From Ramazzottius varieornatus (Eukaryota; Animalia; Tardigrada), in assembly GCA_001949185.1 (NCBI GenBank), contig BDGG01000002.1, positions 3,531,826 through 3,595,825 of the forward strand: 64,000 nucleotides of DNA, given 5' to 3'. Below the pieces are notes generated by a model. The model saw only the letters and a list, made by a program, of their open reading frames with translations, did no database searches and was not told the DNA's origin. The first letter of the stretch is position 1, and each line of letters begins with the position of its first letter. Below are positions 55,851 through 64,000 of this stretch, piece after piece. Position numbers and translations under genes: made by a program.

Positions 55851-58800
55851 TCTTTGGCGTTGTGTCGTTCAACTTCTCAGCTTGTCGATAACTCTACAAG
55901 AAGAAACCAACTTGAATGTCCAAGAACCGCAGATTCCAAATAAGAAGGTTATAGGAACAAGTAGCTGGATGGTTCCCTCAGTCACGTTGACATTCTTCAA
56001 GCCAACAGTTTCAAGACATCCACTTTAACGTGACAGTGAAGCATGGCAAAGCACATGCTTCACACTGTACTACTTGTACAATTTACGCGAAATCAGCACA
56101 ATCCCTCTCATTTAACAATTCAAACCTGGTGTTAGGTTTCAAATAAAATCGAGTATACACCACACAAACCAACAGTTGAGGTAAAACTGGTCATTCAAGA
56201 AAGCCGAACGTGTTTCCAAAGATGATACTCGAGCATCCGTCAGCAGCCTTATCTGGTGAGGTTATCACGCCGTTTCCATACCTTCGTTAGTGCAGAATAA
56301 CGCTAATCCTCCGCTCTGAATAGCACAAAATGGCAGCTTCCATCTAGTGAGGTATTACAGAAATCGTCTAGCGGAATGAAGTAATCTCTGCTAGCTGGAA
56401 GGAGTGCAACTGTCAACTGTGCAGGCAGCCCAGTGAACCCACGCAACTGTCTGCGTACGTGGGTGAGTACAAGCACAAATCAATCAGTCAATCTGCATGT
56501 ACATTTCTCCGTCCGCTACTTGATTGCTTTGTACATTTCCCGTGTTCCATCCGGCACAAGACTGCATCATGCTGCACGCAGAGTCCGCCTCATGGCTCAT
56601 GCCTCATTTCTCACGTATCTTTCCTAACTGAACTAATTTCCGGCTGTTCTAATTTGTTTCTTATCTTTAATAATTATCTTGCTTGATCTGCTCAAGTATC
56701 AAGAAATAACTCTAAAACAACTCTTCAAAAGCTGCGTAGACCCAAAAGCGAAGAATCCCGTGATATCGACCTCAATAAATCGATCGGTAACGAGGAACTC
56801 CTCTTGCGAAACTTCGAGTGGCGCAGCGTTACCCTCACGTTGGTACTTTACAGAAACCTCGTTGTTTCTCGCCGCGTATGCTTTCGATCGAGCTGAGAAA
56901 ACTTTAACGTTAATTCATGCATCACGCCCTAGGCCTTGGAGAGGAAATGACCGCAGGTGAGTTGTTTGTGAAAGATCCGTAAAGTAAACCTTGCGGTTAT
57001 AATTGGCCTATTCAAAGAGCTCTTCGCCACAGCGGCATCACAAAAGCCCGATAATTTACCTTAGCTCGCTCGTTAATATTTCAAAAGGCTTTCCTTACCT
57101 TACGTTTCTGACAAACATGCATGGGAAGTACCTTCTGATCAAGTCCGAGTGATAAAGCACCGACACGCGCCATGGCTCACTTGGATGGTCGTTGTCTCTC
57201 TTGAAATGCGTGCGAAATGGATCCTTCGTTTGATCTTCGCGAGCTTCGCTTATTATTTATGGTCCCTCTCGACCGATCAAACGTGGCCATACTTGTTTAC
57301 ACACCAACCCGCCGGCGGCCGGACGTTCAATTAGACAACGAGACTACTTCGGATGGTCAGTTGATCAAACTACTTTCCGATAATTCGCCCCGATGTTTAC
57401 TGATGGCCCGCAGTAATATGTCAGTAGAGCCAAATCGTTTCTATGAGGAGGAAAACGTGGCGGAAATGTGGCGACCTCCTGCTGGTCTTTTCAACCTGAG
57501 CCTGATTTCAGTGAGGGAGACACTCAAATGAAACCAGATGAGATGAGAGCATTTTAGGTCAGGATTATATGTGGAGTTGCTCGATGAGATTATTATGATC
57601 CCGACTTTATTTACAAATGATCATTGATCTCGACCACTGCGCGAGTACTGTCATATAGTCAATGATGTGTCGCTGTCGGCAAGTGAGGGAAAGAGATCTC
57701 GAGTTGCGGATTCTGCAGGAGACGATCATTGATCATTCCTGTCAGAAATGCTCCGACTGAGACACGAAGTAGCATGGAGCTTTTCACAGCTTCCTTGACA
57801 CAGAATTCCCGTCTGTAAATATGATTTCAATGTGGACACATGTGGTAAACGTTCGATACACAAGGTTTACTTTTGCATGTCAGAACCCGGAGCGTGCTCC
57901 TTTTATGCGCCACCTGACATAACTTCCTGAGTGTGCAGGGGCGGAAATGAATAAAAGATTCAAAGCAGCTGAACGAGACGCAGGTAAACGCAAAGAGTCA
58001 TGAACATCCCCGATCGATATTTTTATTATGGTACTCGCCTCCAGCACAATGGCATACCCTCTAAGAACTGCCTGTTATTATAATTATAGGATGCCAAGAA
58101 CGGACCAGTTTACGCACTTTGATGCCTGAAACACAACACTACGCCCGAAGACTTGCCGAACAATACCCCGTTTGCCGGAAAAAAAATGGTGCACGCGACA
58201 GCCGCGGTGCCCAGCTTTGGGGGCCTTCAAAGCAAGGCGTTTCGTCGACGTCAGCAGAAGACCCTTTGAAGTATCCCGAGCTACTGCACAATCAGTAATA
58301 TACAATCAGTGCATATTATGCAGCTTGTGATGAGTAAAAGCTAATGTCGATTATACCGAAACTACAACGTTAATGAAGCCGTGTTTGGGTTCCTGCGTTT
58401 AGGGCGTCTTACCTTGATCTTCGCTGCTTGGGTGAGCTTCCGGGTACCGTGGTACGAAACGTCAAGTTGAAGACACAATGGCTGGCAAACAGTGAGACGT
58501 GTCAAATTATATTATGATGGTACTCAATACCTCCGTACAAGCAAAAAACCGGTTGTCGATGAAGCTTCCCGGTTCATAACCGTCCAAAAGTCAAACTTTG
58601 GGCATAGCTTCAGGCTTGCGATATCAGGGAAACGGTAACAGCGTTATGGGGAAAACCGCGGAGGAGAGGATAATCTCTAAACCGGCAAAACCGATAAAAA
58701 ATTCCACAAAGGAACAGCGGCAGAAGACGATTATTTTTGAAAAGAAACTGTCGATAGCCACATTTGAATGATGAAATGAGCTGAGATGAAGAAACAAACG

Positions 58801-60107
58801 CTGTGAATACGGATTCCGCAGATATCTTTTGTAAGGAGTTTACGCGCTGTAGTCTGATCGAGACAGAGTAAATTCAAGCCTCAAAGAGAGTCTGGTTGAC
58901 AGTGATATGTTATGAAGCGGTTTCAGCACGTTCGTTTCGTATGTAAATTTTCATACGTGCCAATGGAGCTCTGTCATCTCCATCCTAACGATCGACTCAC
59001 TTGGTCGTATCACTCTTATTCAGCGCTGACTAAACATTCAAAGTTGGAAAGTACGCTGTACGTATCGGCACAGTCGTATCTTAACTATCTTTGAGTCTTT
59101 GACGGGTCTCAGCGACCACCTGTCGATGAATCAGCGTTGCGTCACACGAAACCTGGAAAAGGGAAAACATGGTTCAAGGATGCATGCTGCAGCATAGCCT
59201 TGAAAGTCTCAGCTGACCGAAGTATCAGGGAAAATAGGGATGCAAAACACGGCCTGGGTTCTCCATTTGAGTCGTCCACTGGCTGCGGCTAAGGTACCGC
59301 GCCGGTCTGCGAGGGATTCCACCTGGCCCAGTCGTCTGTATTGAGGTACTGATCAGGGACGACCGGCAATCTATAAAGATAGATCGATTAGTCTGGTTAT
59401 GACTACTGATGGCGTCGCCGAACGTAATAACGCAACCTCCGGGCGGCTTGCGGGGTACGCCGTTCCATCGATTCCATGCAGGTGCTGGGAATACTGTAGC
59501 TAACCTAGCATGCTCCAGGTTTCCCTTCCGGGTGAGTAAAGTGATAGAGACCTGAAAAGAGCAAGATCGCGTTGTCCCATGACGTGACTGTGGTACAAGC
59601 ATATCGAATTAAAAGGGCTTTCACCTGGTGAACAATCGATTACTACGAATCATCATGGGTCTCGGGTACGAATAGCGAGGCACCTTATCGGTTAGATTAC
59701 GGTAGAAGATGAAATTTACCCATGTTCCAGAGCGTACAGTTGAACCAGCTGTCGACAGTTAGGACAATCTTTTGCGAAACTTTGAGTGTAGGTTTCGAGC
59801 TTAGCACGGGAACAAGATCGTATTTCGAGTTTCTTTTTGAAAGTTTGGAGAAAGACGTCAGCGCGACTTTGGTCTGTTCTGCCGTTTGTCTACGATCGTA
59901 TTGTCTGTTTTCACTGCGCATGCGCAGGGCCCCACTTGACTTTCAAGTACGTGTGCATCAGCTGATTCAGCCTTTTTAGCGTGCGGCACAGGTGTCTCCA
60001 AGTGCGCCGGTTGGAAAATTCCGACGTGGAGTAACTCAGTATCGCATCTTGCTAAATCGCCAGCCGCTTTATTCCTGCCACAAAATTTTCCTTGATAATT
60101 CGCAGCC

Positions 60108-62473
60108 ATGGGCTCCACCGTTTTAGCTAAAGGCGATGCCTCTCGGGAGAAACGCCAGCTTGAGGGGGAACAGGATGGACTTAGTCGCGAGGAGTTGTTT
60201 GTACGCGGAGAAGGCCTTACCTACAACGATTTCATCCTCCTGCCAGGCTTCATCGATTTTGCTGCTTCGATTGTCGATACCAAATCCAAGTTCACTCGGA
60301 ACATCACCCTCAACGCTCCGCTGGTTTCTTCACCTATGGACACTGTCACGGAGTCAGAGATGGCCATCGCAATGGCGGTAAGAAAAACTCAATCGATTTC
60401 GAAGTCGAGATAAATTTCAAACTGAGCGAATCAACAAATGCTCAATTGCCTGCAGAGGGGTGTGTTACATCATACTCCCACGTTGAATTCACCGCATGAC
60501 ATCACAGCGCATTGGTGCGTCACGCTATGTTAGAATGGCTTCGTGATGCGTTCCACTGACGTCATCACCCGCTTCTGACTGAATTGTTTGTTTTACCACG
60601 GATTGTTTTTTCTTTCCAGTTGAACGGCGGGATAGGTGTGATGCACCATAACTGCACAGCCGAGTACCAAGCCAATGAAGTGTACAAAGTAAAGAGATGG
60701 CAGCAAGGTTTCATCATCAAGCCTCACGTTATGTCGCCCGAAGATACCGTCCAAACTGTTATCGAATGCAAAAAGCATAAAGGCTTCTCCGGAATTCCCA
60801 TCACCGAGAATGGCCATCTGAACAGCACCCTCCTAGGCATCGTCACCAGTCGCGACATCGACTTCATTCCCGAAGGCAAGCACGCAGCCACCAAGTTACG
60901 CGACGTGATGACCAAGACCGCCGACCTGATCGTGGCTCCCTACGGCATTTCCTTGAAAGAAGCCCAAGATATCCTGCGCAACAGCAAACGCGGTAAACTA
61001 CCTATCGTCGATGACAACAACAACCTGATTTCCATTATGGCCAGGACGGATTTAAAAAAGCGAGGCGATTACCCGATGGCGACGCTTGACAAGGACAACC
61101 AGCTGCGTGTGGCTGCTGCTATAGGTAAGACCCAATCGCAAACATTCCATCAAGACACGGGTTATAACAGTTTACAGCAACGTGACGAAGGCATGTACAG
61201 TGAGGTACCCCTTTGGAAATTTTGCTTGGTTAGACGTTTCCACCACGTTAGTGCGGGTTTCGCCGTGGTGTAACTCGACGAAAGCGTGGTGACTGACGCA
61301 ATTGTTGTCCCGGCCTGGTGTGAAGTGGCATTCTGATAAACTGATAGTCCCAAATTACACCTTTCCTTCTGAACTTTAGGTACACGTGAGGTTGATAAGG
61401 AGCGTCTAAAGCTGCTGGTCGAAGCAGGCCTAGATGCAGTCATTATCGACTCTTCCCAGGGTAACTCCACATTCCAGATTGATATGATCAAGCATATCAA
61501 AGCCACTTATCCCAGCCTGGACGTCATTGGTGGAAACGGTAAGTTACCTGAACTGCATTAGTTCGCTGATTACCTTTCGACTGATATGGCTTCTCTTCAT
61601 TCCAGTTGTGACACAAGCCCAAGCTGCCAACCTGATTGCGGCTGGCGCCGACGGACTTCGCGTGGGAATGGGTAGCGGCTCCATCTGCATCACTCAAGAA
61701 GGTAGGACGGAAGCTTCCTAAGTTCGCCTATAATGAACAAGCTCGTCCTCCGTCCGCACTCCTCCTCAATATCCGTACAAAAAATTATGTGGATTAATTT
61801 CTATCATTGTAGTAATGGCGGTGGGAAGAGCACAAGGTGCTGCTGTTTACAACGTCGCCAAGTACGCCTCGCGCCACGGCGTCCCCATAATTGCTGATGG
61901 AGGCGTCGGCTCCGTCGGACACATCATGAAAGCACTTTCTCTGGGGGCCTCATGCGGTACAACTTGAACGTAGTTCGCTGAATATTTTTTAGAATCCGAA
62001 ATTACGCACGGAGTTTTGAAATTACACTCCAGTTTCTCAACAGAAAATTGACCGGAGATGCTCGATGGTCTTTTTCAGCGATGATGGGTGGGCTTCTGGC
62101 TGGTACAACCGAAACACCCGGCGAATACTTCTTCCACGAAGGCCTTCGTTTGAAGAAATACCGAGGAATGGGTTCGCTGGACGCCATGGAGCAGAAGAGT
62201 GGTAGCGGACCTGAGCGCTACCTGATGGCCGCTGCCACCAAAGTCGCGCAGGGCGTGTCCGGCTCCGTCGTGGACAAAGGTTCCATCCACAAGTTTGTCC
62301 CGTACCTTATCAACGGTATTCAATATGGTCTTCAGGACGTTGGAGCACGCAGCATCGTCCAGCTCCAGCAGTTTGCCAAAGAGGGCACTCTACGCTTCGA
62401 ACGAAGGTCTCCGGCAGCGCAGTACGAAGGCGGCGTCCATGGACTACATTCCTATGAAAAACGGTTATTCTAA
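60108..62473 (+). CDS. IMPDH: Inosine-5'-monophosphate dehydrogenase. Exons 60108-60377, 60620-61124, 61380-61538, 61606-61701, 61813-61956, 62079-62473
   Basis: '[12 protein letters not shown]', '[12 protein letters not shown]', CBS pair, 'DSSQGNS', catalytic '[12 protein letters not shown]', 'IADGG', 'YRGMGS', 'KVAQGVSG', '[15 protein letters not shown]'. Confidence 0.98.
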
Positions 62474-62809
62474 AAAACTGTAATGTTGGCTCAGTGGATA
62501 GCGAAGCTCGAAGGTTTTATGCGCTCGTTTCAGTTCCATCGCACCTTTCGAAGTTGTCCTATGTTTTTAGTGCATTGGCTGTGATTGCTTCTACTGTAGT
62601 TGATCAAAATTTAGTACATGTTGCATCCTGGAAACAACGTACAGCTTCCTATAGCAAAATGTCACGCTACTATGTTATGCTACGCTTGTTATGGCCCTGA
62701 TTTGCTGAATAAAGTTCCGCTCACACAGCTTTCGTGCTTTTGAAAAGAGTGAAATACTAATGTCAGATGGCCGTGTGGTTGTGCGTGTTTGGGTTATCGC
62801 TATATAGTA

Positions 62810-62923
62810 CTGTAATGCTTCATGAACTTGGCGAACCCCGGTCGAGAACCATACCCAGACAACCCGCTAAGGGATGTTTCACGCCTAGGAGGACCACTTC
62901 GCCAAGTTCATGAAGCATTACAG
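62810..62923. mobile_element. 114-bp MITE (Tc1/mariner/pogo-type)
   Basis: Perfect 26-bp TIR CTGTAATGCTTCATGAACTTGGCGAA; TA on both flanks. Confidence 0.82.
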
Positions 62924-63376
62924 TATGGCTCCTTTAGATTGAAGAGGTTGTTGTTGTAGGTGGCGACCCGATCATTTGGTTCAATCCAATTCTACTCAGG
63001 CTTCGGTTTCAACTGGAAGACAGCATTCGGCTTCGTGGTCGTGCGATTCATCCCCGAGATCTATGGTCTAACTTGTTTTGGATCTGCCTATGTATAATTC
63101 TAATCTGTAATACTCTTGCCTGTTTTTGACTTGATGATCCAAAATGATCTGTACACAACATCTCCGTGCCTATATTTTCATAGTGAATTACTGTTTTGTC
63201 GTGAAGAAAACGTGTTGCGCGCGGAATGAAAAATACGATATAAGGCATTTTAAGCCGGTATATAAGCCCATTGTAGGCTGCAGTGTTGGTTTACTATGAC
63301 TTTCGGAATAAAAATTCCAATTACGATTTCAAAAGCATGGGACTATTGGCACCGCCTCGAACCGCCTAAAACACTA

Positions 63377-63874
63377 CACGCGCGAAGGGAAAGTTTGGCG
63401 CAGTAAAAAGTTTGGATTAGGCTGTTTCGCTACGGCGGCACGGACAGGTGCTTTTTGCTGCATGGAGAAAACAGCATAACTGGCCTTCCTGCCGTACGTA
63501 CGTTATGGGTTTCGGAACGCGCGGCTAGAAGCGTGACGCTTTTACTGGCTTCTTTTGTCCGAACGAGCACACCTTAAACACATACATAAACGCGACTCCA
63601 GAAATGAAACCTCCAATCACCTCCAAAATGGAAGCATGAAAACCGGCTGATTTCTGGACAGGAAAACAAACGACAAACTTACGGGATCCATCCAGAAGAC
63701 TAACAGCTAATACACTACACTGTACCAATGTTTACGGTAGTTTCCACTGCGGTTGAAATCTACTACGTTACGTCATGAAGGTTTCTGTTTCTTGCCTGCG
63801 TATAAAATCTAAAATTGCCGTCGTTTCCGCCTGATCCAAACTTTTTACTACGCCAAACTTTCCCTTCGCGCGTG
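63377..63874. mobile_element. Tc1/mariner-like MITE, family A copy 3 (long form, ~500 bp)
   Basis: About 46-bp TIR CACGCGCGAAGGGAAAGTTTGGCG(C/T)AGTAAAAAGTTTGGAT; TA flanks; subterminal blocks shared with the 18.6k and 33.7k copies. Confidence 0.82.
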
Positions 63875-64000
63875 TACTGACACCGCCTTTTTTAGGAATT
63901 TAGCTAATGTAAATATTCGCTGCGTCCGCGCAGCACGTCATCGTACAAGTGAAGTACAGCCCCGGTCCGCTTGTACGGATTGCGCAACTCCCTACGGGGA

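Noticed and set aside
57150-57990. Possible membrane-anchored protein remnant (MRAKWILRLIFASFAYYLW…)
   Set aside because: Interrupted by stops and no family recognised; too weak to call.

Overview
Eukaryotic (metazoan) DNA with compact GT-AG introns and roughly balanced GC. The style is consistent with a compact invertebrate genome such as a tardigrade, but that is inference only. Spliced genes reconstructed by hand, left to right: a CNG-family channel with an atypical pore (-, runs off the left edge); a 53BP1-like tandem-Tudor/tandem-BRCT protein (-); a three-domain gelsolin/severin-type protein (+); a secreted Gly/Asn-rich orphan with a furin site (+); a disrupted cathepsin-B-like gene with a long C-terminal extension (+); two tandem SLC16/MCT-type MFS transporters (-); cysteamine dioxygenase ADO (+); an EGR zinc-finger factor (+); WDR1/AIP1 (-); two tandem paralogous small membrane proteins (+); MAP7/ensconsin (-); and IMPDH (+). 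Non-coding DNA holds a 650-bp foldback element with a TTA target duplication, three copies of a TA-flanked Tc1-like MITE, a 114-bp MITE, a hAT-like element and LINE fragments. The most striking feature is a dispersed ~72-bp palindrome (…CAAGTGGCGCAC-N25-GTGCGCCACTTG…) in about 17 copies, mostly intronic, with conserved arms and a nearly fixed-length but divergent spacer. Exon boundaries were read by eye and could be off by a few bases.
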